Shown here: positions 51,176 through 61,569 of the stretch, piece after piece
Numbering within the stretch: position 1 is the stretch's first letter
How the letters are laid out: every line of letters begins with the position of its first letter
IMG/VR virus record: IMGVR_UViG_3300037465_000544
Direction: 5' to 3' (one strand)
Length of the DNA stretch: 64,000 nucleotides
From: a virus
Position numbers and translations under genes: made by a program
The notes under the pieces: model-generated
Databases searched by the model: none
The model's input: the letters and a program-made list of their open reading frames with translations, nothing else
Told to the model about the DNA's origin: nothing

Positions 51176-54100
51176 TTATGAAGGCGAAAAGCGATATTCT
51201 GTTACCGCTGATTTCGCAAAGATAGATTCTGCTGTTAAATATTCCAAAGAAATTTTTAACCAATTACCACGCATCCTCGAGCCGACAGAATAAATGTTAT
51301 TAACATTTAGCGTAACCATATCTGCTCTTCTGATAGGAACCCTCCAGTGTGCCTCGCGGAAATTAGGATCAATATATAAATCTTGAGGTAAGCCAGTACG
51401 AAATGGATTTTGCGATGCGGACTGCTCTAATGTTTGATAATCTATTTTACTCGGATCTACCGGAGAACAATACAAAAGAAGATAATCGAACACCTTTGTA
51501 AAATCCTGATTTTGGTTTACAATCCAGCTTATCCTAAAAGGATACAATGTTCCCCAAAAAGTAGTCCTGTTGTTAACACCTGAAGTAGTTACCGGAACAT
51601 CCTCAAGCCATACATCTCCAAGATTAGTCGGATTTGGATTTTGACTTGGAAATATGGCAGGATTAGCTGTAAAGAAATCATCGTTAATTCTGAAATAAAA
51701 AGGAGTAATATTGGAATATTCATCCAAAAAAGCATTGTTCATTTCCGAAAACCTGAAACTTGAATTATTTTTTGGGTTTTTAACAGTTTGGTTGAAAATA
51801 AAGCTCCATACAATTTCACGGTATTTTCTGTCATACTCTGCGACAATTCCTTCATTGCATACCGGATTGTCGGATAACTCATGAATAATATCAGTATGAT
51901 CAGATAAGTTTTGCGGGTTACCTTGTTCGGCAATTTCATAGATTTTCTGTTTATACTTTCGCGTATCTGAGATAATTTCAACTCCGCCTCCGGAAATCAG
52001 TCGCCATATTTTACGCTTATTGTAATCTATGCCATAAAGAGCATAATCGCTTTTCGCTACAGACCATTGATGTTGGGTCCCCACCTCATCGGTAATATTT
52101 TGTGATTTTTCTGCAAGAATAGTTCCGGTGCCAATTAAAAGTGCTCCGCCTCCGCCAATTCCACTATCAAGAGCTTGTCGGTCATTTACATAATGATAAT
52201 TAATTCCATGGTCCTGAACCGAAACTAAACGGGCGTGCAAATCAATAATTTTATTAATTGCTCCAAGCCTATAATCATAATCCTGAAAAGAGGCAGCCAG
52301 CATTTTGCGATAACCATCCTGAAAAGAGCCAGGAATATACTTTTCGGTATATCGAATGCGTGTAATAAAATTATCGCCTCTAAAAGGCAAATTAATGTCC
52401 ATCCCAAACTGAGCCGGAGAAGGCGACAATATCTGATTATAGCCCCTGTTTTGCAAGTCGGCCTCAAACAATATATCATCATAAATAAAATCGCCAGGAG
52501 CTGCCAGCCCTGTTTTGGGCCAATATTTGTTATTAGAATCCTGATGCCGCATAGCATTATTTATCTTTGATTCAATCACTGTTCCATGAACTACACCAAA
52601 AGTATAATAGCTTTCTGCGTCATCGGTTTGAGTGGTAATGTAAAAATCAGGGTTATAAAGCTGTTTGATATAAACACGCTGAACAAAGCAATCGCCTTTA
52701 TAAAACGGTGTTCCTGTAACGCCAAGGATACTTCCCAATGGAATAAAATCAGTTATTTTAAAATATTTTACATTTTTTACATCGTATTCATTAGTAAGAG
52801 TAAACCCGGTTACCGGATCTCTTCGATAAATATTAACAATTTTAAATGTTCCTTGAACGGTCGATCCGGCAACAAAAACAGGATCAAGTATAGAAGCCAC
52901 AGCACCTACACAACTTACGTCTTGATCAAGCCCGATATATCTCCCTGTTGCAAACTTTCGGTTGTACCACTGACTTGTTATCTGGCAAAGCAATCCACAA
53001 CTCACTTCGGTGTACCAAAAAGAATCCGGATCAGACAAACTTCCTTCATTATATTCTGAAGTAAATCCGTTGTTTTCGGCTGTATTCCATTCCTGGATAT
53101 TATAGCAACAAGCTTTTCCGACTACCGGTGGAGAAAAAATTAATCCATGAAGTGTGACTTTTATTGAAGGGTCTCTGTCCGGAACATTGTTATTATAATT
53201 TTTTACCATCAAAGCATCGCCTTGTGGAACAATAAAATAACTATTATCTGCAAATGTTTTTAAAAAATGATGATCCGGAGAATAAACTCCGTATTTATTT
53301 GCTACGGGTGTTACAGGAAGCCCCATGTCCGGCAAATGTGCCCACCCTTTAATATTAAAAGTTGGAGGGCCTGTTCCTGCACTACATTTAAGCAAAAATG
53401 GAGCATATACTTCATCTGCTACACCAAATTTCTCCCAAAGTGGAATTCTGTTTGGACTTGCATAAGTAGTCGGCGGGCAGCTGCCTGGGCTAAGACACAG
53501 ACAAGGTGTACCACAAGAAGGATTGGAACAATCCGCTTCTTTGGTAGCGTCTCCTACAAAAGTCCGAAGAGTAATTCCTTGATAATACAAATTCTCATTA
53601 CGTTCTCCGCGAGTGAAATAAAAACCACAAATATTGTCTTTCATCCATTGTGTCACAATCACAGCAGACGTGTCGAAGGTTACGCCAAGAATATTTATTA
53701 ATCCTACTCCTGTGCCTGTACTTACATCTGTACGAAAGGGAGATCCGCCTACTGCCTGTCCATTAGAAGGAAATCGAAATATCCCTTCTGAATTTGGGGT
53801 AAGAAAACCCGGATCAAGCCATGCGTCAAATCCGGTAAGAGGCATTGGCTCACTTTCCCTTCCTGAAGTAAATACCCAGACAATACAAAAAGGATACGTT
53901 TCCCCCCTGAAATATCCTACCTCATTATAAGTTTTACGGTAATCTTTATATTGGCCTTCAGCAGTAACGCCCAATGGATTTTGCCCTGTTGCAAATGGGC
54001 GATCATCTATTGTTAGGGAATCATCCCACCCTATCTTTATCGCCTGTGCAGCTGCAAACAAATCAGGATGAAACTTATTCCTGGAGCGAAGATTTCCCAA

Positions 54101-55156
54101 CCACGCACGATTTTCAAGTTGCGTAATGGTTTTAGGAACATCATCCGAAGGTTTACGCTGAATAATATCTTCTATAGGAAAATCAATTACTGTTTCACTG
54201 CCTGTAATAGTTATTTGTAAAGTTGTGGAATTTGGCTGTATATTATATAGCTGATCAATTAATCCAGTGGTTAATAGCCCATCGTGATAATATGCGAAAG
54301 CAACTTCAATATACGGATAAGAAACATCAAGATTAGAAAGTGTTAAGGTGACGGATTTATTGGTAACAGAATTTCCGGCTGCTCCCTGTATGGTTATACC
54401 AGAAAAAGCATCGTCAGGGGAAATCTGATTAGCATTACTTTCTCCTAAAAAAGAAGTGGGATTAAAGTCGAGTGTAGTATATCTGAAAAAGAAAATATAA
54501 TTTCCGGCCAAAAGCTGCCCTGTGCTATCAATAGAATTCTGAGTACAATTAATAAAATTACAAGTTTCCGCAAAAGCATCAATGCCATTTGGGAATGAAC
54601 CATCCCAGTATAAACGATTTGTGCAAACTCCCTGTTGCGTAAATCCGGAATTAACTACACGAAATGGATTTTTTTGCTGGTCGCAAAAATAAATATTCAC
54701 ACTATCATCGTAATCTATTCTGGCAAAACATTCTATCTGGTGCTCACAATCAAAATTAAATTTTGTAGTTCTGAAAGGCAGCCTTTGAGCATTTGGGTTA
54801 ACAAAAGGATTTACCGGTCCGGTAAAATTCATTATAGGGGAATACGCATGTTGAAATCCGCCCAAACAATTTGCATTAGGAGAAGGATAACAACCAAATT
54901 CCCCCTCATTAGTTTGCGGAGAAAAAGAAAAAATATAACAGATTCCATTATACTCGCATTTCCCTAAAGGAATAAATCCCGGAGACAAGTTAAATGCCTT
55001 TTCGTTTCCCCCAATATTCACTCCAACAAATCCTTGTCCATCTTTATTGATAAGTCGAATATTTAATGCCCCGCGAAAAGTAGTAGGGTCCATTTTAGAC
55101 ACATCAGTATCTTTATCGCACCCTTTCCAAAACTCGTTAATTGATTTTTGTCCCAT
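51176..55156 (-). CDS. Tail stabilisation / nozzle protein (tail tubular B-like)
   Basis: 1326 aa beta-rich; N-terminal GCDKDTD...FRGALNIR; C-terminal MRGNWLKISLEY; follows the tail-tube gene. Confidence 0.75.
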   Translation of the reverse strand: MGQKSINEFWKGCDKDTDVSKMDPTTFRGALNIRLINKDGQGFVGVNIGGNEKAFNLSPGFIPLGKCEYNGICYIFSFSPQTNEGEFGCYPSPNANCLGGFQHAYSPIMNFTGPVNPFVNPNAQRLPFRTTKFNFDCEHQIECFARIDYDDSVNIYFCDQQKNPFRVVNSGFTQQGVCTNRLYWDGSFPNGIDAFAETCNFINCTQNSIDSTGQLLAGNYIFFFRYTTLDFNPTSFLGESNANQISPDDAFSGITIQGAAGNSVTNKSVTLTLSNLDVSYPYIEVAFAYYHDGLLTTGLIDQLYNIQPNSTTLQITITGSETVIDFPIEDIIQRKPSDDVPKTITQLENRAWLGNLRSRNKFHPDLFAAAQAIKIGWDDSLTIDDRPFATGQNPLGVTAEGQYKDYRKTYNEVGYFRGETYPFCIVWVFTSGRESEPMPLTGFDAWLDPGFLTPNSEGIFRFPSNGQAVGGSPFRTDVSTGTGVGLINILGVTFDTSAVIVTQWMKDNICGFYFTRGERNENLYYQGITLRTFVGDATKEADCSNPSCGTPCLCLSPGSCPPTTYASPNRIPLWEKFGVADEVYAPFLLKCSAGTGPPTFNIKGWAHLPDMGLPVTPVANKYGVYSPDHHFLKTFADNSYFIVPQGDALMVKNYNNNVPDRDPSIKVTLHGLIFSPPVVGKACCYNIQEWNTAENNGFTSEYNEGSLSDPDSFWYTEVSCGLLCQITSQWYNRKFATGRYIGLDQDVSCVGAVASILDPVFVAGSTVQGTFKIVNIYRRDPVTGFTLTNEYDVKNVKYFKITDFIPLGSILGVTGTPFYKGDCFVQRVYIKQLYNPDFYITTQTDDAESYYTFGVVHGTVIESKINNAMRHQDSNNKYWPKTGLAAPGDFIYDDILFEADLQNRGYNQILSPSPAQFGMDINLPFRGDNFITRIRYTEKYIPGSFQDGYRKMLAASFQDYDYRLGAINKIIDLHARLVSVQDHGINYHYVNDRQALDSGIGGGGALLIGTGTILAEKSQNITDEVGTQHQWSVAKSDYALYGIDYNKRKIWRLISGGGVEIISDTRKYKQKIYEIAEQGNPQNLSDHTDIIHELSDNPVCNEGIVAEYDRKYREIVWSFIFNQTVKNPKNNSSFRFSEMNNAFLDEYSNITPFYFRINDDFFTANPAIFPSQNPNPTNLGDVWLEDVPVTTSGVNNRTTFWGTLYPFRISWIVNQNQDFTKVFDYLLLYCSPVDPSKIDYQTLEQSASQNPFRTGLPQDLYIDPNFREAHWRVPIRRADMVTLNVNNIYSVGSRMRGNWLKISLEYLTAESIFAKSAVTEYRFSPS
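51217..51248 (-). promoter_or_regulatory. Bacteroidota housekeeping-sigma promoter for the ejection-protein/vRNAP operon
   Basis: On - strand: TTTG (51248-51245) + 20 nt + TATCTTTG (51224-51217). Confidence 0.75.
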
Positions 55157-55161
55157 TATTT

Positions 55162-55824
55162 TTACTTTATAAAGCGTTTAGGAAAACGAAGTTTTGGAAT
55201 TATATTCATCGAAGCCATAGCCAAACGCTCCATGTCATCCCGTGTAAAGTGACGAAATCCGGATTTAGCTTTCTGAACGTAATTTCCATACATTGTATTT
55301 ATGAATTCCCATCTGGAATTATCAATTTTGCCGTTAAGCCAATCTTCAAAAAGCAATTTAGTAAGGGCGTACCAATAACAAGCCTCTTCATGTCCTTCTT
55401 TAATGAGAGGATATCCTGTTTCCGGATCAATTGGAATACCAATATAATCAACTAAAACTTTTAGCGTTCCGTCAACAGGAGGAGATGTGTTTTGTGTATA
55501 AGCATTAGTAAAAGAATTCTGTTGAAAAATGAGATAAGAGCCGTTGTTTTCATAATTATAAACAGGACAATCTCTGCAATTAGCACTTTTCACTTGCAAC
55601 ACTCTGTAAATATTGCATGGAAGCAAGGCTTTTCGATTTACTACGTCTATAGGAACATCGTTGAATCGCTGAAAACCATAAAAATCACCGATATTAATTT
55701 CACATTCAGCACACCATTCCACCAAATCGTAAATATCAAACTCAAGCGACTTGAAATTACGCGATATTTTTGCTGCGATTGTTTCTGCTGTTACCCATTT
55801 TGTTCCGAGTGAAGTGTGTGCCAT
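55162..55824 (-). CDS. Ring / tail tubular protein
   Basis: 220 aa; LPCNIYRVL, DYIGIPID...GYPLI...EEACYWY; position between the IHF-like and stabilisation genes. Confidence 0.65.
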   Translation of the reverse strand: MAHTSLGTKWVTAETIAAKISRNFKSLEFDIYDLVEWCAECEINIGDFYGFQRFNDVPIDVVNRKALLPCNIYRVLQVKSANCRDCPVYNYENNGSYLIFQQNSFTNAYTQNTSPPVDGTLKVLVDYIGIPIDPETGYPLIKEGHEEACYWYALTKLLFEDWLNGKIDNSRWEFINTMYGNYVQKAKSGFRHFTRDDMERLAMASMNIIPKLRFPKRFIK

Positions 55825-56314
55825 ATCTATATCCTTTTTTTAAAATTAAATCATCCAATTCATTTCTTAGCCTTCTGCTAACCTGTATTAGATATTGTTT
55901 TCCATGATTTTTAATCACATCATCTGAAAGAACACATCGAAAACAATAAAATTCTCCTTCGGTTTCAAAATAGAAAGGATAGCTTTTCATGTCTTCATCT
56001 CTACCTTTCATAATATTAATGTATCCGAACCCCTCAATAGGAAAAACGAAATAATCATTGTGATGCATTAAATCATGAGCCATCATATCCAAGAAATCAT
56101 ACACTATTGCTTTAGCCTTTTTTACAGCCTGACGTTCCTTTACCCCCTTCATTTCTTTTTTGCTCCCGAAAACATCTCTAAGTTTTGAAAACAAATGTGT
56201 ATAATTTTCTTTTCTGCTCAACAGGTCATCCATGTAATTAATCTTGTAAAAGAACTCTATTCCCGGATATTCCCTATGTCTCCATAGGCGAGTTTTTCTC
56301 AACTTCGCCATCAC
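55757..56314 (-). CDS. HU/IHF-like protein in the structural module
   Basis: IVYDFLDMMAHDL...FVFPIEGFGYINI; crAss-like phages carry an IHF-like gene at this position. Confidence 0.6.
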   Translation of the reverse strand: MMAKLRKTRLWRHREYPGIEFFYKINYMDDLLSRKENYTHLFSKLRDVFGSKKEMKGVKERQAVKKAKAIVYDFLDMMAHDLMHHNDYFVFPIEGFGYINIMKGRDEDMKSYPFYFETEGEFYCFRCVLSDDVIKNHGKQYLIQVSRRLRNELDDLILKKGYRYGTHFTRNKMGNSRNNRSKNIA

Positions 56315-56706
56315 ATCGGAATATTATTCGCAGCCCTCGCTATCGCAAAAGGGTCCGGATTGTTTCGGTACGGATCATAATCTGTAATATAAACCCCGTC
56401 AATTGTGCGATTGCCAATGCCTTCTCTCCTGAGTTCAAAATCTTGATCCTCACACGCAATAGGAACAATTGTTTCTGTTACATAATTTTCCGGAATATCA
56501 TATATTACATTATTTATTCTCACGCGATAATGTAATACGTCTTTTCGAGCAGCACCGCCACATCCGCATCCTACCTGAAGAATAATTTTTTCTTCGTAAC
56601 AATATTGCTGATTGGGGCGAAAAACATACCCTTTTAAATTAATCAAGGTAGTGATAGTTAAAAACTTATCAGCACCCTGCGTATTTTGTCCTTGTGTTGG
56701 CTCCAT
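56311..56706 (-). CDS. Hypothetical structural-module protein
   Basis: 131 aa, coupled to the next gene; contains GCGCGG. Confidence 0.65.
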   Translation of the reverse strand: MEPTQGQNTQGADKFLTITTLINLKGYVFRPNQQYCYEEKIILQVGCGCGGAARKDVLHYRVRINNVIYDIPENYVTETIVPIACEDQDFELRREGIGNRTIDGVYITDYDPYRNNPDPFAIARAANNIPM

Positions 56707-56725
56707 TTTTTCCTGTTTTTTCTAA

Positions 56726-57412
56726 TTATTTTCCCGGAGGAGATACGGGAATCTGATCCACTCTTGGATTATCAGCCGCATTGTTTCGTTCATCCGGCAA
56801 ACTTTGCAACGTACTCATTAATTGTTTTATACAAATCAGCTCCAGCTCATGTACCATGCTTTGAGAAATAGGATAAGGATCGTTTTCTGTAAGCCGATAA
56901 CATTTTCCATCAAGCGGGTCCTCCAATACTGCGATAATACAAACATACTTTCCGGCAGTAGTTGGAAGATTTTTTATCTTGGCTTCAAAGCCAACAATCG
57001 AATAATATGGTTTATTACCTGTCCATGGAGAAGCTTTTCCCCACAAATATCCTTCAAAACTTTTACGGTTGAAAGGAGTTTTTTTATCTACTGTTCCAAA
57101 ATATTTTATAGCGAATCTCCCAAAATTTGTTTCTAAGGCAGGAAGCTCAACATAATATTCGGTTTCGCCTGTTTTTATTCCATTGCATTCCAGATTTCTG
57201 CATTTTATTTCCAAGCAACAAATTTCCTGATACATTTCAGGGTCAATAAATCCTTGTTGTTTGATCTGTTTATCAATAAGCAAAGAACGAACATCGCGAA
57301 TCATCTTATAAATTAACTCTATGTCAATACGCTCATCATCGGTAGAAAAATAGCCCTTCACCTGATTTCTTATAGAAAATCCTATGGCAGCTAATGAAAG
57401 TTCGTTTGCCAT
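56726..57412 (-). CDS. Ring / head-tail connector-like protein
   Basis: 228 aa; VELPAL...KYFGTVD...VLEDP...YPIS pattern. Confidence 0.6.
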   Translation of the reverse strand: MANELSLAAIGFSIRNQVKGYFSTDDERIDIELIYKMIRDVRSLLIDKQIKQQGFIDPEMYQEICCLEIKCRNLECNGIKTGETEYYVELPALETNFGRFAIKYFGTVDKKTPFNRKSFEGYLWGKASPWTGNKPYYSIVGFEAKIKNLPTTAGKYVCIIAVLEDPLDGKCYRLTENDPYPISQSMVHELELICIKQLMSTLQSLPDERNNAADNPRVDQIPVSPPGK

Positions 57413-57413
57413 C

Positions 57414-57740
57414 TTAATATTTTTTTACCAGTTCATATAGTGCCCAGCAAAACGCATTTACAAAAGCACAAATAAGACAAGATGCAATCCATTTTAATAA
57501 TTCTGTCCAACAAAAAGAATTGGATTCAAAAAACCAAACTGTCCAATATATTAAGGACCCCCATACACTTGCCATGCAAGCACAGCAAATGATAAGGGGA
57601 TCCAGAATATATTTTGTTTTGGGAGTCCATTTTTTAATTGCCCAATTTCTAATAAAATCAAGCAATTTATGTTCATCTGTGATGGTTCTCCACCCAAGAC
57701 AAACGCTACTGATCAGTAGTATGGTTTCCCAAAAGCCCAT
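57414..57740 (-). CDS. Small multi-pass membrane protein (DUF1360-like / possible holin)
   Basis: Three hydrophobic segments; CCACMASVWG motif. Confidence 0.55.
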   Translation of the reverse strand: MGFWETILLISSVCLGWRTITDEHKLLDFIRNWAIKKWTPKTKYILDPLIICCACMASVWGSLIYWTVWFFESNSFCWTELLKWIASCLICAFVNAFCWALYELVKKY

Positions 57741-57753
57741 ATCCGATTAAAGA

Positions 57754-58536
57754 TTAAGGGCAAGGTGCACATCCTGTCAGGAACAAAGGAAACGCAGACT
57801 GCATCTCTGAACACCAGAAGTTAGTGTAATCCGGAGATGCGTTGTTTACATAAAAATAAACCTCTTGTTCATAACAGTTGTAAGCATTCGCCTGACTGAT
57901 ATCCTGAACACTGCACTCCTTACGAAGAACAAAGTGATAAACACAATAGTTTCCGCAATAAGTAAGTGCAGGACGAGAGCCCGGATGTCCCCATTGAATA
58001 GGGAAAATCTTGGCTAATTGATTTGCAGACAATATCGCATTAGAATGCGGTGTTGTTGTTGCAATTACGGCAGAATCGCTGAATGCCTGAAATCCGCATG
58101 TAGATTCGCAATCTTTCTCAGTCAAGGTAATTACGTTACCAACTGCCACTGCTGTTACACAAGCAGTAGGATCGTCATTAATTAACTGAGCAACTGCCGT
58201 TGCATACTGGGCAGCAGTAAGCGTAGCTCCTGCAGGATCTTGATAGCCGTAATATTTCGTACTTCCAAATGTTTGCTGAACCTCATAAGAATCAAGACAA
58301 GGTAAGCATTTGATGGTAAGCGGAAATTCATACGGACATTCACAAGTTGTAGGAACTGTAATTGTCACTGTTGTTACCTGTTGAACACATGCAGCAGGGC
58401 ACTGGCAATACGCATTAAGGATTTCAGACAAAAGAATGTCTCCATAACCCTCAACCGTAACGCCACCGTTGATTGGAACTACAGATGTTGCTGAAAGGGA
58501 ATTAAAAATTATCCTTTCTGGTTGTCTTCTTAACAT
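57754..58536 (-). CDS. Cys-rich virion structural protein
   Basis: 260 aa, T/A-rich beta protein, 17 Cys by hand count; lies in the capsid module. Confidence 0.6.
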   Translation of the reverse strand: MLRRQPERIIFNSLSATSVVPINGGVTVEGYGDILLSEILNAYCQCPAACVQQVTTVTITVPTTCECPYEFPLTIKCLPCLDSYEVQQTFGSTKYYGYQDPAGATLTAAQYATAVAQLINDDPTACVTAVAVGNVITLTEKDCESTCGFQAFSDSAVIATTTPHSNAILSANQLAKIFPIQWGHPGSRPALTYCGNYCVYHFVLRKECSVQDISQANAYNCYEQEVYFYVNNASPDYTNFWCSEMQSAFPLFLTGCAPCP

Positions 58537-58581
58537 AGTTGTTTGTTTTTTTAAATTGTTAAATTTTCCTTTTCCAAATCA

Positions 58582-59301
58582 TCACTGGATGACCTGGTTA
58601 TTCTCAATCGTATTAGTCTGAAATCTTCTTGACTCAATCTCTTCGAGTTTTCTGCTGACCGCCATACGCACCAATTCCTGACGCGAATGTAAAGGCAATT
58701 CGCAATCAACAGGAGTTCCGACAAGCTTAATTTTACGGGGATATCTGATATAATCAATATGAGCCTCCGTAGCATAAGACTGTGTTCCTGTGAATACAAT
58801 AAAATTGTCTCCTGTAATCTGGTAATACAAGCGATCTTCAGATGGCCGGTTAAACGGATCACGCAAGATTTCATATTTTTTATCACTTTTCATGGGTTTA
58901 GACTTTAATATGCCGGAAACTCCGGTGTAATTACATGGAGAATTTACATATTTAAGTTTTAGTCCCACAGCAAGCATAAACATGTATCCATTGTTGTCGC
59001 CTGATGGATTTTTGGGCGTTACCACGTTAGCATTAGGATTATACGGCAACATGAACAATTCCTGTCCGGCTACCGGTGCTCCTGTATTAAGGATTGTTTC
59101 GTCTATCACGGTAAGTATCCTCAAATCATCAGTCCTTTTTTCCGTTCCCTCAACATTAAAATAACGATTCTGAATATAATCAATTTGCACATGATTAATT
59201 ATTCCCTCGAATTCATCGGGAAAAACCGTTCCGGTAACCTCTTTGTTAAGCTCAACAAGAAAGGCCCGGTACATATCCTGTGCAGTAACAATATCCGTCA
59301 T
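58582..59301 (-). CDS. Ring / head-completion protein
   Basis: 239 aa; DYIRYPRKI...CELP.H...ELV.MAV pattern. Confidence 0.6.
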   Translation of the reverse strand: MTDIVTAQDMYRAFLVELNKEVTGTVFPDEFEGIINHVQIDYIQNRYFNVEGTEKRTDDLRILTVIDETILNTGAPVAGQELFMLPYNPNANVVTPKNPSGDNNGYMFMLAVGLKLKYVNSPCNYTGVSGILKSKPMKSDKKYEILRDPFNRPSEDRLYYQITGDNFIVFTGTQSYATEAHIDYIRYPRKIKLVGTPVDCELPLHSRQELVRMAVSRKLEEIESRRFQTNTIENNQVIQ

Positions 59302-59304
59302 TCG

Positions 59305-60090
59305 TTATTTCGATTTTATTAGTTTAGCCATTTGCTGAACTACATCCTTGTTATTTGAGTCTTTCAGCCACTCTAAAGTATAAGCCTCGTTGATTCCAAT
59401 TAACTGCTTATTGTAGTAATACTGTCCGTTTTCCAACGTAAGTATTCCTGCGTTAAGCAGCTTATTCAGGAAAATCTTAACATCTTTATCCTTGTCGCCA
59501 AAAACAACTAATATCCTATCGGGTTTTTCCATTGCGACCTTTTCCAAAGCGGCTTGAGCCTGAGTAATGCTCATATTCATCACATACTCTCCTATCAGCC
59601 TTGCGGTATCTACCATTTTTTCGGCAGAAAGCGTTTCGATAAAAGACAAAGCCTTACGAATTTTTTGTGCTTTGCTTACAATCTCAGATGCTTCCGTTTC
59701 CTTATTTTCGATATAATACCTGTGCTGTGCAGGATTAACCTCCGCTTTTTCTTTGGCCACAAATCCACTGTCTAATGCCATGTCCAGCAAAAACATTTGC
59801 TGAGGATTATTAGGATCAAACGACTGCAGATGTGCAATGCGGTATGATTCCGAATTAGTCATTCCCGGCATTGGACAATTTTCTGCAGAGAAGATTTTTG
59901 GTTCTTCCCCTTCTTTGGATATTAGCTTTCCTTTGTACTCTTTTCCACCTACTCTAAAAACGCCTCGAATTTCATCAAATCCGGGACAGATGTAGGCTGG
60001 TGCCTCGTTGAATTTTGGATTAATACCTATTAAACGAAGAGGCACGCTTTTTTTATCTACAATTTCTGTTTGTTCTAATGTCTGTTCCAT
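59305..60090 (-). CDS. Conserved structural-module protein following the MCP
   Basis: 261 aa directly downstream of the MCP, as in crAss-like gene order. Confidence 0.6.
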   Translation of the reverse strand: MEQTLEQTEIVDKKSVPLRLIGINPKFNEAPAYICPGFDEIRGVFRVGGKEYKGKLISKEGEEPKIFSAENCPMPGMTNSESYRIAHLQSFDPNNPQQMFLLDMALDSGFVAKEKAEVNPAQHRYYIENKETEASEIVSKAQKIRKALSFIETLSAEKMVDTARLIGEYVMNMSITQAQAALEKVAMEKPDRILVVFGDKDKDVKIFLNKLLNAGILTLENGQYYYNKQLIGINEAYTLEWLKDSNNKDVVQQMAKLIKSK

Positions 60091-60115
60091 TTTCCTTTGG
60101 ATTAATTGTTAATTA

Positions 60116-61534
60116 TTAATTATTTGGTTTGAAAAGTTCGGCAACCCCAAATGGATTTTTCATACAAATTCCAGTTTCACTTAAAATCTGAACCTGGTAT
60201 CCGTCCATCGAATTGCTTGCAAACTCCTTGCTGTTTCCGCCAGGAGAAGCCATTCCGTCAATGGTCTTGCGAACCATAGAGCGTTTTCCAAGAGTAACCA
60301 ACTCAACCATAGGATCTCCTCCTATTGTGTTACCCAAATTAATGAAAATCGCCCGGTGTGATTCCCTGCTTACGCCATTGATGTCTCTGTCTTGCGGACG
60401 CCATGCTGCATCAAACGCAGGATTCCACGCAACGGTAATTGTAACTCCTCCCATAATATACTGAGTAAAAGTTGCATTTACGCCACGATCTTTCCCATCA
60501 ACAAAAAGAGGCATAGGATTGAACTTGAACACATCACGCATTAAACGCGAAAAGTTCCAAATAAATGCCTGACCTCCCATTGTAAACACCTCAATCTGTC
60601 CGTCTGTATTTGAAAGAAGCTGCAAATTTTGCATTACGTTTTCAAGTACACGAATGTTAAGAGTGTTGTATTGATACTTCAAGCTTCCATCTCCCTGAGC
60701 AATAACACCATCTCCTTGAACAATTTCTCTTCCATTTAAGTCACGAACATATACATTCTCGTTAGCATCAATAGAAGCACGTCCATAAAGAAGCTGGTTT
60801 TCGCGAGCATAAGCCCATCGTCTCATCATTTCCATGTCTTGATGTTTAACCCACAGCTTTTGTCCATTATGCTCTACCCAAAGCACAGTTTCGTTTGCCG
60901 ATCCTGAAATTGAATATTGCATACGCTGAATGGTCATGTAATTGGTATGCCACTCAGGAAACGTATTTTTCTCATAACCGGTTTCTGACATTTCATGGAA
61001 AGCGGTGTGGCTAAAGCCAACTTCCGAACCGGCATTGAGCAACGCCTGTGGAATAAACGAACCCGCAACATTGCTCACCATTTTTGCACGATAACGCCAT
61101 ACACCTGTTGAAATCTCAACCGGATAATCATTCATTATCTGAATAATGGTTCTGCGATCTTTCAACTCCAAGTTGTCATTCGGAGAGAAATAGTTTGTGT
61201 CCAAATCTAAATTGAACACAGCATTGTTTAGGGTAGTCGTTGGTGTGCTGGGCACTGAAGTAACAATCGTTCCCTTGCGAAAAGGATAGCCTTTCAGCGT
61301 CCACATAAATTTACGATTTCCAATAACCTTAAATGAATCTGTATTGAAATCTTCATACAAGCCTTTCTTTGTCATCCCGCGTCTCGCCAGATAAGAAGAA
61401 AATGCCGAAAAATTGCTTTCAAAAAGATTCACTACATTATTGGAAATCTCCGGGCGTGTCAAAAGAGCAGCCGCCAGGGAGTTTGTCATTGTGGTACGAT
61501 TTGCATCAAATGTACCTGTTCCGATAATTTTCAT
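60116..61534 (-). CDS. Major capsid protein
   Basis: 472 aa; NYMTIQRMQYSISGSA, ENQLLYG...GDG..Q, TMGGQAF, ILSETGICMKNP; preceded by a scaffold-like gene. Confidence 0.8.
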   Translation of the reverse strand: MKIIGTGTFDANRTTMTNSLAAALLTRPEISNNVVNLFESNFSAFSSYLARRGMTKKGLYEDFNTDSFKVIGNRKFMWTLKGYPFRKGTIVTSVPSTPTTTLNNAVFNLDLDTNYFSPNDNLELKDRRTIIQIMNDYPVEISTGVWRYRAKMVSNVAGSFIPQALLNAGSEVGFSHTAFHEMSETGYEKNTFPEWHTNYMTIQRMQYSISGSANETVLWVEHNGQKLWVKHQDMEMMRRWAYARENQLLYGRASIDANENVYVRDLNGREIVQGDGVIAQGDGSLKYQYNTLNIRVLENVMQNLQLLSNTDGQIEVFTMGGQAFIWNFSRLMRDVFKFNPMPLFVDGKDRGVNATFTQYIMGGVTITVAWNPAFDAAWRPQDRDINGVSRESHRAIFINLGNTIGGDPMVELVTLGKRSMVRKTIDGMASPGGNSKEFASNSMDGYQVQILSETGICMKNPFGVAELFKPNN

Positions 61535-61569
61535 AGTAGTTCCTTGTTTTTTTTAGTTGTTTTTAAAAT

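Noticed and set aside
55757-55824. 68-nt overlap between the IHF-like and ring-protein genes
   Set aside because: The overlapping tail looks like a simple stop-loss extension with no sign of function.
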